Assembly (NCBI GenBank): GCA_030867685.1
Contig: JAQOWU010000008.1
Location: forward strand, 2,914,001 to 2,978,000
Source of the DNA: Wickerhamiella versatilis
Lineage: Eukaryota
Direction of reading: 5' to 3'
Length of the DNA stretch: 64,000 nucleotides
Shown: positions 38,474 to 48,706 of the stretch, piece by piece
Layout of the letters: every line of letters begins with the position of its first letter
Position numbering within the stretch: the first letter of the stretch is position 1
The notes under the pieces: generated by a model
The model's database searches: none
Seen by the model: the letters and a program-made list of their open reading frames with translations, nothing else
Told to the model about the DNA's origin: nothing
Position numbers and translations under genes: made by a program

Positions 38474-41263
38474 TTATTCAATTTCACCCTGTCCACGAAC
38501 TTTGTCTTCAAAAGTGCGCAATACATTTTGAATTTCTTGCAGGGAATGATCTTTGTCAATGATAAGCAGCAGCCCGGTAAGAATATCGGCCAGAGGCTTC
38601 CCTGCGGCATGGACATTCAAAATACAGGCTGCAAACAATATGACGGAATTGACGCTAGATGATATTACAGGATTCTCATTAGAGCCTGAAATACGCAAAT
38701 AGGTATATTGCAAGAAAGCAAGAGCATCATTAACAAGGTCATCGATACTCAGGTGAAGCTTTGAATTTGGACGGGTTTCCGCACCGGACGTGAGATCAAC
38801 AAGCCAAACGGAAATAGTAGACACATATAAAATATGAAGGCAAAATGCATTACAAGTCCTCTTTATCCCCATTTGACTTATAGCAAGACGTACCAAGGCA
38901 ATGTATATCACACTCGACTTCAGAATTGCCCGTGCTTCTTCAGTATCCATCCATTCTTCGTATAAAGGCATGTACAAGTAACTTAACAGCTCGGCCTGAT
39001 CCTGTCTCTGTTCCGCTTGCAAACAGGACAACCACTTTTTGAGATTTGATGCAACCTGAGCAACAACTTTCGTATCCTCATGCATATCTATAAATAAGGC
39101 GTGCCGAAGCAACAGAGATATAAGAGCATATGTAGGTATGCGTTCACTTTGATCCACAGTACCCATGAAATCTTCACCACAAAACTCTTCTGGTACAATT
39201 GTGGGGTTAACCTTAAACAACTTGTCGATAAATACATCCTCGCGGCACACAAGGATCTGGAACCAAATATCAAATCCACGATAAATCCTCCCAGTGGATG
39301 CCTCACCATAGTATAATGGCAAAGTACTTGAAAAATCGTCTAAATATGAACTTGGTGACGACCCAGAGGCCTTTAGTTCGCGTGCCCGGTTAATTCGCCG
39401 AGAAAACCAAGTGGATATTTTCACAAGCCCCAAAGAGAGAATTTCCATTAATGAAACGCTTGCAAACTGTCTTTTATGAACCACCGGTTGTATGCCAGAC
39501 AAACGTGAGAATCTGACTAGGGCCTTCAACACACCGAGATATGGAAGATTTATCAAAGATCTCGACTGCCCTACAATAAGAAAGAAATCTTCATCGGTTA
39601 AAGCCTCCCAAAGTGGTCTCGGACAAGGGAGACGTACATCGAGCGTTAGAATATTCAATGGAGGGGTGCTTCTTGAGGAATTTGCAAACATAAGATTATC
39701 ATGATACACAGTATAGAAAAGGGCACGTTTGTTCATTTCATATGCCGCCCACTCCCTCCACTGCGCTTTCTGATCAGCACTTTCATGGAAGATATATGCT
39801 TCCTTTGCAATTGTTCCCCAGATTGGCTGGCAATCGCTTCTACCAACCCAGGTATATATTTCATTTAAATGGGGCACATGATTCAGCAAAGCCCAGAATA
39901 AATGCGTGACAATCTGGTGTCTTGGGAAAATGTCTGATAGGCGCAATTGTGGCGTATCTGCATCAAGAATTAGAGGCTCATATCTCAATATAAGACAGAA
40001 CGCTTGAAGATATCCAGTGCATTTTAGATCATACCTAGATGCCTGAGAAACGTTTTTTTCTTGTTTTACCAAAGATTTGTATGTAAAAAGTAAAACTGAG
40101 GCGTATTCTGATCTAGCCAAATCATTAAAACGCTGTTCAGGACTTAACGCTAGACCAAGCAACACAAGAACCGCTAGTAATGCCATGTGACAATTATTGG
40201 GATCATACGTAGGACGGTGTATCATGCCAGGGACCAAGCGCGCAGTTGTCCAAGAACGATAAATTAAGTTATTCACCGTGGCTGATGGATTCTTCCAAAA
40301 TTCAGAGGGGACATTTTCAAAGATTTCAAGGACCTTTATAGCTTTTTCATGATTGATCGAAGGCATCTTACTGGGTTCACGCCCTAAACTAGCCGCACGC
40401 GCACGGCGCGCATATTCATTGTACGCAGATATTCCCCACGTATCATACCCATACTTAGCCTTCTCTGTAGGGAAGTTATCATCGAAAAACCACTCAAATC
40501 CTGAATCAAATTCTTTATTGACAGATTCATCCTTTCCGGTAGGCTCTCTAAGGCGATGGAGGAAATCTGGGTTAATTTGTATGGCTTCATGACGAGTCTT
40601 TTCGAGTTCCTCAATTACCCTATTCAGGGAGGGATGCCTTGCCCCATGCTCTAGAACATTTGGTGAATGCGAATTCAAGCTTTCCGGCCGTCGAGAAAGA
40701 TCCGAAGGATCTGATAGAGTGGAATGATCATCAGACTTCGAGCCTGTCTGAGATATCTCTGCAGGAGAAACCGAAGCAGCACTGAGCTGCCCAGATTTGT
40801 GTCGTGGTCCTGTCACTGACCACATCGACTTTAGACCGTAGCTACTCGTATCAACTGTAACATCGTTATTTCCTCCATTTTGAGGTATGGCATCAGACGA
40901 ATTCTTTGAAATAACACAATTCCAATCAGGAACAAGCGAATTATCATAATCGGGTTCCGGTATTGCCTGTGCAGATTCCGTCAGACCTTGTTCGACCTCG
41001 ATAACACGTCTTGTATGAACTTTCGTAGCAAGGTGGTTGTCATATAAATCCTTACGACTAAAGGAGCGATCGCAGATATGGCATACGAATGGCTTCACCT
41101 CTAAGTGATTGGCAGCGTGTCTCTCAAGGTAGTCACGGCGATTGAACATCTTCTCACAACCAGGATGTTCGCATTTGAATCGGAGAGACACCGAGGTCCC
41201 ATGCCCTGACCGACCCTTAATACGTGTGCTATGCTTACCCACTCCACCAGGAACCAAAGTCAT
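38474..41263 (-). CDS. C2H2 zinc-finger transcription factor with probable fungal TF middle domain
   Basis: Two fingers FKCEHPGCEKMFNRRDYLERHAANH and FVCHICDRSFSRKDLYDNH..H. Also IHRPTY, WREWAAYE..KR, LPCPRPLWEA. Confidence 0.85.
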   Translation of the reverse strand: MTLVPGGVGKHSTRIKGRSGHGTSVSLRFKCEHPGCEKMFNRRDYLERHAANHLEVKPFVCHICDRSFSRKDLYDNHLATKVHTRRVIEVEQGLTESAQAIPEPDYDNSLVPDWNCVISKNSSDAIPQNGGNNDVTVDTSSYGLKSMWSVTGPRHKSGQLSAASVSPAEISQTGSKSDDHSTLSDPSDLSRRPESLNSHSPNVLEHGARHPSLNRVIEELEKTRHEAIQINPDFLHRLREPTGKDESVNKEFDSGFEWFFDDNFPTEKAKYGYDTWGISAYNEYARRARAASLGREPSKMPSINHEKAIKVLEIFENVPSEFWKNPSATVNNLIYRSWTTARLVPGMIHRPTYDPNNCHMALLAVLVLLGLALSPEQRFNDLARSEYASVLLFTYKSLVKQEKNVSQASRYDLKCTGYLQAFCLILRYEPLILDADTPQLRLSDIFPRHQIVTHLFWALLNHVPHLNEIYTWVGRSDCQPIWGTIAKEAYIFHESADQKAQWREWAAYEMNKRALFYTVYHDNLMFANSSRSTPPLNILTLDVRLPCPRPLWEALTDEDFFLIVGQSRSLINLPYLGVLKALVRFSRLSGIQPVVHKRQFASVSLMEILSLGLVKISTWFSRRINRARELKASGSSPSSYLDDFSSTLPLYYGEASTGRIYRGFDIWFQILVCREDVFIDKLFKVNPTIVPEEFCGEDFMGTVDQSERIPTYALISLLLRHALFIDMHEDTKVVAQVASNLKKWLSCLQAEQRQDQAELLSYLYMPLYEEWMDTEEARAILKSSVIYIALVRLAISQMGIKRTCNAFCLHILYVSTISVWLVDLTSGAETRPNSKLHLSIDDLVNDALAFLQYTYLRISGSNENPVISSSVNSVILFAACILNVHAAGKPLADILTGLLLIIDKDHSLQEIQNVLRTFEDKVRGQGEIE

Positions 41264-41578
41264 CCTCGGACCCCTTGTAAGACTACAAGTACTTCCGTCT
41301 TCTGCAACTCAGATCTCGAAGACGAAAAGCCGTGGGTAAGGGTGATCAGTTTGACATATCTGACTCATCCAGATCAGCTCGCGAACGAGCCACATTCTTA
41401 GGTCAAGGGGAGCTGCAGGTGAACACCTGGACCTAAGCTCATCTGTAATTAAAAGGCACTTCAAAGTTTACCTAGTCTCATCATTTATTTCAAGCAATTC
41501 TAAATTGGGGACTGTAACGTAATGTCTGAGATCGGAAGCTGTCAAAAGACACCCTAACCTGTATATATAATATTGCTT

Positions 41579-42007
41579 CTAGTTTTGTTCTACTAGTTTA
41601 CCGCAGAAAAGATATTTCTCGGCAAAAAAATCTGCCCACTTGTCCAGTGCTTCAATTTCTTCAGAGCTCAGGTCCTCCAATTTATCGATGGGGCTATCTA
41701 GTGGGGTGAGCATTTCTGGATCGAATGAATGCTTGGCGAGCCCTCGAGACGCATCCCTGCCTGCAAAATTCTCGTAGGGACCTCCTGGCCCATAGTACGC
41801 CTTTCCAGGTGTGACATCGTACACCTTTCCCTTGATGGCCATCAAGACATGTGGGTCATCGTGGCCATTAAACTTGACGAGTGTCTTTGGGGTAAAATCT
41901 TGTATCTCAATTGCCGTATTCGCAACAGGCGGAGGGTCCTGATTTGTACCACTGAAATGCACATAAATAAGGACCGCAAGAATGACTGTTACGAACCACC
42001 CCAACAT
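41579..42007 (-). CDS. DAP1: Cytochrome b5-like heme/steroid-binding protein (PGRMC1 family)
   Basis: N-terminal TM, FTPKTLVKFNG, KGKVYDVT..YYGPGGPYENFAGRDASRGLAK. Confidence 0.93.
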   Translation of the reverse strand: MLGWFVTVILAVLIYVHFSGTNQDPPPVANTAIEIQDFTPKTLVKFNGHDDPHVLMAIKGKVYDVTPGKAYYGPGGPYENFAGRDASRGLAKHSFDPEMLTPLDSPIDKLEDLSSEEIEALDKWADFFAEKYLFCGKLVEQN

Positions 42008-42204
42008 GTTATTAGGTAATTGAATAATTCTGGAAGATGAACCTTATTATGTATGGTTTCCATATTTTGTTTCCCGCAAATACGACGTATAATTTGCGTC
42101 TTATCATGATATGATCGTGGCTACTTATATATGTAAGGAAGAATTTTATAATGAAACAAAATAAATAAGGTATCTTAGCTATATTTGACAGTGTCAGTGC
42201 TTTA

Positions 42205-44484
42205 TCATATCATACCGCTTGTCATGGTGCTTGTCATTTCTACTACATTTCGAAGGTGCCTTACCACATCGTCAACAGCTTTCTGGGCCATTTCTCCGTT
42301 ACCACTCTGTAGGGCGTCTCTTACACCTGGGAACGTGCCCGAAAGATGATCGCCCCGAGGAGTCACTAGCTGAGGTCCAAATAATACGCTTTTGTACCAA
42401 TACCTCCTATCTGGCAGCCCACTGCGGTCAAGAAATAACTTATTAACAAGACCAAGCTGTTGGTTCCAGAAAATACGGAGATTATCGATTCCCAGCGCCT
42501 TAGCACCGGGGTCATCCATGGCTTCGGCATAACTATTCAATGTGACTCCAGCTTGGGCGATGGGATTGGCAGCATCGACCAATTCAGAAATGTCGATATC
42601 AATGGCCGCAGCCGCAGCCGCAGCCGCCAGGTCTTTAGCATAGCGACCAATTTCATCGCCTAACCGAGCTATATTATAGGGCAGCGTAGGCTTATCGGCA
42701 AGGTCAAGAACTGCAGCGGCAGCAAGCTGTGCAAGGGCCATATGCCGAGACATATCAGGGTCACCAAAGCGATGCATCCATTCGTTACTGTCTGTACATG
42801 AACCTCTGGGAGCTGTCTCACCCGGACCTGGTAAAAAGCCGAGGCGCATCGAAGGAACCCCTGTATGTGAATCAAAAGGAATCCAATTTCCATATCCCTC
42901 GAGGGGTTCTTGCTGAGATTTGTGTTTGAGGTTCGATAACTCAGTTTCATTGCCCAATTTTATTTCCTTCAGAAGATGATCAATGTCTAACATCGGGTTT
43001 CCTCGAACGTCTAATTGCGACCCCGCAACACCGTCTAAATCAAAGTATGCAATACCCATGCGGGTAAGCTGATCAGCCACACCTTCCACCCATTCAGTTG
43101 ATCCAGCCAAATTCTGCTCTGTACCGTCCCATGCCATCAGATACACAGTCCGGCGAGGCAACCAATTTTGGTGAAAACGGAGGTTTGCAAGAGCCTTTGC
43201 TACTTCCAGGAGCACAGTAATTCCACTTAACTGCGACGTACCATAACAGAAACTATCAAGACGAGCTCCCAATATCACGGCTTCCTGTGGTTGTTCTGCG
43301 CCAACTATCTGGCTTTCAACATTTGCAATTTGATGTCTGTCCTCTATTTCTGGGTGAATTTCAAGATGGATTTCGGTTTGGGATGGACCAGCATGCCATC
43401 CATTTTCTAAGCTAGGTATCGGCTGGCCCCACTCCTTTGGTACCTCTAAACCCCCTATGTCACGCAGTAATACTTCCGCAATCTGCCAAGACACACATTG
43501 TACGGGAATGTGGGGAATATAAGCATCTTTAACTTTAATTCTCTGAGCGCTCTCTGCCACCCATCCTGGACTAAGCACATCTCCTGGATATATACCGGGC
43601 TCACCAAGACTGCCCTGTTGTACCGAGTCATAAGAATAATCTGGTCCATCGGGCCACATATCTAGGTCGGGATGCTTGTATGGCATAAATAAAACAGCCT
43701 TCACACCTTTAGATTCAGCATACTTTGCTATCATACCAGGCTCAGCCTGGGAGTATCGAACTAGTATCACAGTTCCCTCAACACTGATACCAGCGGTTTC
43801 AAGCCAAGTAAAGTCAGTTACATCGCCATAATTCGCGTATATCAATGGCCCTCTTGCCTCGCCATCAATAGCTAGAGACATCTGAGGTGTAGGCTCGCCT
43901 GATCTGCTAAAATTTGCCCTGAAATCACCATATTCTAATACTGTTTGGTTTGGATGGCTGATCATAACCTCATGACGATTGAGACTGACTGCAATTCCTA
44001 GATTGTGCAGTGTATCATGGACGTATCTATAGCTTACCCGATCCCCAACGGTACCTGCGTTATGAGGCATTTCACCTAAATAATTCAAATTTTGCAACAT
44101 AGAATCGGTACTAAGATAGCCCCATAAATGTTCTTTAAGCTGTTGATGGCTGAGGTCTGAATCACGGCTTCGGGGGCTTGGCTCCGCAAAATACACCATA
44201 GCAGCAGCTATGGCAGTTATTATGAGAACAAGAGTCCGACGGACAAATAGTGGGTTTGCGTGGGGACTAATCCATCTGTCAAAACGTTGCTCGACCTGCG
44301 TACGCCAAAAATGAGCAACAGGATCGATTATATGTTTGACTGGTGCAGCAAAAGCTTCCTTGCCAAATTCACGCATCCGATATAGCCATATACTTCTTCC
44401 ATTGGATTCTTCAGAAACATCTTCTACCTCGAAAGGCATGAGTTGTCGCTGCTCCTCCTCGAACTCAGGCGGAGGAGAGCTCAT
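42205..44484 (-). CDS. Transferrin-receptor/M28 peptidase-like type II membrane protein (Tre1/Tre2-like)
   Basis: N-terminal PPPEF, one TM, PA domain (IYANYG), PGDVLSPGW, WDGTEQNLAGSTEW, WYKSVLFGP. First ATG at 44484. Confidence 0.8.
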   Translation of the reverse strand: MSSPPPEFEEEQRQLMPFEVEDVSEESNGRSIWLYRMREFGKEAFAAPVKHIIDPVAHFWRTQVEQRFDRWISPHANPLFVRRTLVLIITAIAAAMVYFAEPSPRSRDSDLSHQQLKEHLWGYLSTDSMLQNLNYLGEMPHNAGTVGDRVSYRYVHDTLHNLGIAVSLNRHEVMISHPNQTVLEYGDFRANFSRSGEPTPQMSLAIDGEARGPLIYANYGDVTDFTWLETAGISVEGTVILVRYSQAEPGMIAKYAESKGVKAVLFMPYKHPDLDMWPDGPDYSYDSVQQGSLGEPGIYPGDVLSPGWVAESAQRIKVKDAYIPHIPVQCVSWQIAEVLLRDIGGLEVPKEWGQPIPSLENGWHAGPSQTEIHLEIHPEIEDRHQIANVESQIVGAEQPQEAVILGARLDSFCYGTSQLSGITVLLEVAKALANLRFHQNWLPRRTVYLMAWDGTEQNLAGSTEWVEGVADQLTRMGIAYFDLDGVAGSQLDVRGNPMLDIDHLLKEIKLGNETELSNLKHKSQQEPLEGYGNWIPFDSHTGVPSMRLGFLPGPGETAPRGSCTDSNEWMHRFGDPDMSRHMALAQLAAAAVLDLADKPTLPYNIARLGDEIGRYAKDLAAAAAAAAIDIDISELVDAANPIAQAGVTLNSYAEAMDDPGAKALGIDNLRIFWNQQLGLVNKLFLDRSGLPDRRYWYKSVLFGPQLVTPRGDHLSGTFPGVRDALQSGNGEMAQKAVDDVVRHLRNVVEMTSTMTSGMI

Positions 44485-44525
44485 GTGATTAGATAAAGTT
44501 GTGGAGCGCCCCGGCACTGTGTATT

Positions 44526-45842
44526 ATGGTGAATATCGCCATGGTATGTGATTTTTTCTTTCCACAGCCAGGGGGGGTAGAGATACATATCTTTCAGGTC
44601 GCGCAACAACTAATAGCTCTTGGTCACTCTGTTACAGTAGTCACTCATGCCTATGGAAAACGCACTGGTGTACGAACTCTTGCCCAGGGTTTAAAGGTTT
44701 ACTACATCCCTTTTTTAGTTGTATACCGAAACTCTACGTTTCCCACTGTCTATAGTGCATTTCCATATTTACGGAACATATTCATTCGTGAGGAGATCCA
44801 AGTGGTGCACGGTCACGGATCAATGAGTTCTCTGAGCCATGAAGCAATTGTTCACGGTAAAACTATGGGATTAGCAACCGTTTTCACGGATCATTCGTTG
44901 TTTGGGTTCGCCGATGCAGGAGCAATTCTAGTTAACAAACTATTAAAATTCACATTAACAGATGTTGACCATGTTATCTGCGTTTCGCACACTTGCAGAG
45001 AAAACACGGTTCTACGAGCTGCACTGAATCCAGATAAAACATCTGTAATACCTAATGCAGTAGTTACTGCGGATTTCAGTCCAGACCCATCAAAGGTTGA
45101 CACCCGTTATGTGACTATAGTCGTATGCAGTCGGTTGTATGCTAACAAGGGTGCGGACTTATTGACTGCATTAATACCAAAGTTGTGTCAGAAGGATCCA
45201 AACGTAAGATTCGTAATTGCTGGAGATGGCCCAAAAGTTGTAGATTTACAACAAATGCGTGAACAGCATCGCCTACAAGAACGTGTGAGACTTATTGGTG
45301 CTATAAGACATGATCAGGTACGTGACTTAATGGTAACTGGGCAGATTTATCTACATCCAACTCTAACTGAGGCATTTGGAACTGTTCTTGTCGAAGCTGC
45401 ATCATGTGGACTGCTAGTCGTTACTACGAATGTGGGGGGAATACCAGAAGTTCTACCTCATCATATGACAGTTTATGCTGAGCCCTCTGTTAGCTCATTA
45501 GTTGATTCAACTCTAAGAGCTATCAAGAGCATTAGAAATGGCGATGTGAATGCAGCAGACTTTCACGCTGAAGTTGCGCAAATGTATCATTGGAAAGATA
45601 TTGCTGAACGAACCGAGCGCGTTTATATGAAAGCGTTAGCTTCTCCGGAACCTTCAGATTTATTTGAACGACTACAAAAACATTATCAGTGCGGTATCTT
45701 TGCAGGTAAGTTATTTGTGCTTTGCGTGGTTGTTGATGTGCTATTGTATTTCTATCTAGAGTGGCTTCAACCACGTCATAATATTGACATTGCACCAAAA
45801 TGGCCCATAAAACTAAGCCATCAAAAAAGAAAAGAATATTAA
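44526..45842 (+). CDS. SPT14: GPI-GlcNAc transferase catalytic subunit (PIG-A/Gpi3)
   Basis: NIAMVCDFFFPQPGGVEIHI, VFTDHSLFGF, ICVSHTCRENT, LTEAFGTVLVEAASCGL. Confidence 0.96.
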   Translation: MVNIAMVCDFFFPQPGGVEIHIFQVAQQLIALGHSVTVVTHAYGKRTGVRTLAQGLKVYYIPFLVVYRNSTFPTVYSAFPYLRNIFIREEIQVVHGHGSMSSLSHEAIVHGKTMGLATVFTDHSLFGFADAGAILVNKLLKFTLTDVDHVICVSHTCRENTVLRAALNPDKTSVIPNAVVTADFSPDPSKVDTRYVTIVVCSRLYANKGADLLTALIPKLCQKDPNVRFVIAGDGPKVVDLQQMREQHRLQERVRLIGAIRHDQVRDLMVTGQIYLHPTLTEAFGTVLVEAASCGLLVVTTNVGGIPEVLPHHMTVYAEPSVSSLVDSTLRAIKSIRNGDVNAADFHAEVAQMYHWKDIAERTERVYMKALASPEPSDLFERLQKHYQCGIFAGKLFVLCVVVDVLLYFYLEWLQPRHNIDIAPKWPIKLSHQKRKEY

Positions 45843-45857
45843 TTTACATTTTATGCA

Positions 45858-47063
45858 TCATTCATCATCAAATTGTGAAAGATCAAGTGAGCTCAGACTA
45901 GCTAATTGCTGAGCAGCTAGCCACCCTGGCCTTTCTTTTAACGGGCGCCTCTTGAGGCTGAACTCCGGTAATCGAGCTTTTTTTACATATCGTCGTAAGT
46001 TTGCTATCGAAGTCAATCCAGCCAAGTTCGTATACACTGGTTTTGGACCTGTAGCAAGTGGGCTGAGCATATCAGGGCCATGGTGACGTGACAAATAAAC
46101 AAGTGCGCTGTTCAACGCATCAATATCACCTGCAGCAATAAGATTATCTTGTAGGCGTGCCACTTCTTGGTTTTTCTCGGCTAGCTCAGCCTTCGCACTG
46201 CTAAGGAGGTGTGATAGCCGTTTAGATTCTTCTTGGACTTTAATTAAGTTAGCAGTGAGCTTTTTGGCACGCTCTAGCTTAGCTTCAAGGTGCTTGACTC
46301 GTTCCTCAGACGCAGAAGGCATTACTTTGGCCGGGGTATTTTCAATCACAGAATCCTCAGATGCAGTAACATTCTTAGCCAATTTTAATATATTTTCAGA
46401 CGTGGGAAAAAAGATCGCCTTCTCTATTAGCTCGAACGGAAATTCAATTTTATGAGTTACTTTGTGTAGAAGTTCTTCAGGTAATTGATTGGGTTCGTAG
46501 AGTCGAGCAAGTAAATTGAAGGCGGGGTTTACCGGCTCGTGTTCTAAAGTCATTATGTTATGTTCAGGAAGAAGTGCCATAGCTTCAGTCACTCCAATCG
46601 AACCATCAGCAAATTTCTGCCAAATATCGCTGAGTTCAAATTTGCCTATCTCTGCATAATAAAGAGCCCAAGGTGCACGTACACCTTCCTCCCATAATAC
46701 CTGTGGGATGCCTACCCGTTCTGCTCGTAGCTCAAGTTCTAGACGACGAGTTGTCAGTCCTGCAACAGCTAGGTCATGCTGGAGACGCTGCACGGCACCT
46801 GAAGCTTGGGCTTGATGCAGTTTCGCTAGTATTTCTTGTTCTTTAATTGCGTAGGACTGCTCAATTTGTTTCCCTATTTCCACCAGCTCTTCCAGCTGTG
46901 GTACTTTTGCCGCTTCGACTTCATAGTTTCGGGCCCGTTCCTCGGCCAGTTCACGGTCCAAGGTTGCCAATTCTAGTCGCTGTTCTAGTTCTGTTTGAAC
47001 CTCGCGAAGCTGCCTAACCTTTGCCTCAAGCTTCTGAATGAGCGCTTCGAGGTTGGCTGGCAT
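45858..47063 (-). CDS. Coiled-coil protein, probably a reduced dynactin p150Glued/Nip100 homolog
   Basis: LELATLDRELAEERA matches the conserved p150 motif EMATLDKEMAEER. Two coiled-coil blocks, no CAP-Gly domain visible. Confidence 0.6.
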   Translation of the reverse strand: MPANLEALIQKLEAKVRQLREVQTELEQRLELATLDRELAEERARNYEVEAAKVPQLEELVEIGKQIEQSYAIKEQEILAKLHQAQASGAVQRLQHDLAVAGLTTRRLELELRAERVGIPQVLWEEGVRAPWALYYAEIGKFELSDIWQKFADGSIGVTEAMALLPEHNIMTLEHEPVNPAFNLLARLYEPNQLPEELLHKVTHKIEFPFELIEKAIFFPTSENILKLAKNVTASEDSVIENTPAKVMPSASEERVKHLEAKLERAKKLTANLIKVQEESKRLSHLLSSAKAELAEKNQEVARLQDNLIAAGDIDALNSALVYLSRHHGPDMLSPLATGPKPVYTNLAGLTSIANLRRYVKKARLPEFSLKRRPLKERPGWLAAQQLASLSSLDLSQFDDE

Positions 47064-47076
47064 TAGTCAATTTCGC

Positions 47077-47553
47077 ATGTCGCGGCGCGCTTCAAGCGAT
47101 TTGACCCAGGAAGAACGTCAGAACTTGACAGAAGCTTTTAGGGCATTTGACGATGATCAAGATGGAAATCTTGACTTCCATGAGCTTCGCTTGGCCATGA
47201 AAGCACTAGGCTTCGATCCTGAGAAGAAAGAAGTTCTGAGAATCCTTCGTGAGAATGATAGCACGCGTCGAGGGTTGATTAATGAGCTTAGATTCAAGGA
47301 TGTGGTTGGTAAGATGATGGCAGAGCGTGATCCGAAAGACCAACTAAGAGCAGCATTCGCCCTATTTGATATTGAAGGCAATGGGAAAATTACCCTTGAC
47401 GATCTACGCCAAACGGCACAGGACGTTGGTGAGGCAATTAGTGACGAAGATCTTAGGGCTATGATTGAGACTTTTGACCTGGATGACGATGGTGCCATCT
47501 CGCAGGAGGAATTTATGGCAATTTTTTCTAAACGGTTTAATGAACGGTTCTAA
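47077..47553 (+). CDS. CDC31: Centrin
   Basis: EF hands: EAFRAFDDDQDGNLDFHELRLAMKALGF, ERDP..AFALFD..GKITLDDLR, AMIETFDLDDDGAISQEEF. A further in-frame ATG lies at 47038. Confidence 0.92.
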   Translation: MSRRASSDLTQEERQNLTEAFRAFDDDQDGNLDFHELRLAMKALGFDPEKKEVLRILRENDSTRRGLINELRFKDVVGKMMAERDPKDQLRAAFALFDIEGNGKITLDDLRQTAQDVGEAISDEDLRAMIETFDLDDDGAISQEEFMAIFSKRFNERF

Positions 47554-47711
47554 TAGCCAATTATAGAATTTTCGACATGACTAAATATTTTTTCTATAAT
47601 TCTCTAAAAAATTAAGATGTTGACGATATAGCTTTCTCGGTTTATTGTATAAGTTCAATGCTGGTCTTCACTTGATGACAAACTGACTAATTCTTATTGT
47701 CCTAGTTGAGA

Positions 47712-48614
47712 ATGGTCAATCCAAAGTACGTATTTGAGCTTGCACATTTGCGGGGAAAGCAGTTCCAGCAAGTCACCCATTATCTTCGTCGAACTGCACC
47801 AGAGGCAATGCAGATTCCGAGTTGCGTTATAATCGATCCTTCGAAGCGGCTGAAAAGTGAAGATCTCCCCTTCGCCGAGGGTGATCGTGTTCAAATAGCT
47901 AGTGGGAAGGATAAAGGCAAAGTAGGCGTTGTTGTGGGCAGATATCCTGACCTGGGAAATGCATTTTATGTTGCTGGTGTAGGGTCTACCAAGATGGTGA
48001 ACCCCGTGGAAAACAGAGTCGCAGGCGGGGAATGGACTCCTCTTATCGATCGTTATAAAGTATTTGACTATCAGAAATTGCGCCTTGTCAGTACATTGAA
48101 GAATGAAAATGGCCAGGATGAGGATGTCGCCATCCATTCCGTTTCTCTCGGTCCTCGTCGTTATAATAGTTTCAGCAATACACATGACCGCATTCGCTTT
48201 GCAAAGAATGATCCTTCTATTATTATTCCTTGGAGAAAGGAAAGGCCCAAGGCTGTTGAAAGTCCTTTGACTACTTCCGCAACACTGGCAGATCTACGCA
48301 CGCATTTTGTAACAAGTGTATGTGAACAGCCTCTGCCACAAGCTGCAGTCAATCAAATTTCTAACCTAAACTCGCGCTACAAACGGTCTCGTTACGCTCG
48401 GCGCATTACTGAGGAAGATATCGTAAGAGCCCGTCCGCCTAGCATGCCTACACCATTAAAGACCCGCAAATTATTGGAGGCACTTGAAAATATGCCAAAA
48501 CCGACAGAGTCCAAGTTTAATCGTGAAGTGGAAGACTTCGTCGGAGAGGAGATCAGGAAAGGCTTGCTCAAGCGACAAGACCGTGAAGCGGAAGCACTTC
48601 GGCAGTATACATAG
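47712..48614 (+). CDS. MRPL40: Mitochondrial ribosomal protein uL24m
   Basis: KOW motif GDRVQIASGKDKGKVG, RLVSTL, IIIPW. Length about 300 aa. Confidence 0.8.
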   Translation: MVNPKYVFELAHLRGKQFQQVTHYLRRTAPEAMQIPSCVIIDPSKRLKSEDLPFAEGDRVQIASGKDKGKVGVVVGRYPDLGNAFYVAGVGSTKMVNPVENRVAGGEWTPLIDRYKVFDYQKLRLVSTLKNENGQDEDVAIHSVSLGPRRYNSFSNTHDRIRFAKNDPSIIIPWRKERPKAVESPLTTSATLADLRTHFVTSVCEQPLPQAAVNQISNLNSRYKRSRYARRITEEDIVRARPPSMPTPLKTRKLLEALENMPKPTESKFNREVEDFVGEEIRKGLLKRQDREAEALRQYT

Positions 48615-48706
48615 AAAAATAGGTTTGTACATAGCTTCATATTGTGTATTAACACATAGTTATAATGGCTAATCAACAAGGATCAGCCCTAGCCGCTTTA
48701 TATACA

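Noticed and set aside
47684..47705. Branch point and 3' splice-like signal before MRPL40
   Set aside because: No convincing donor or upstream exon, and the ORF from 47712 looks full length.
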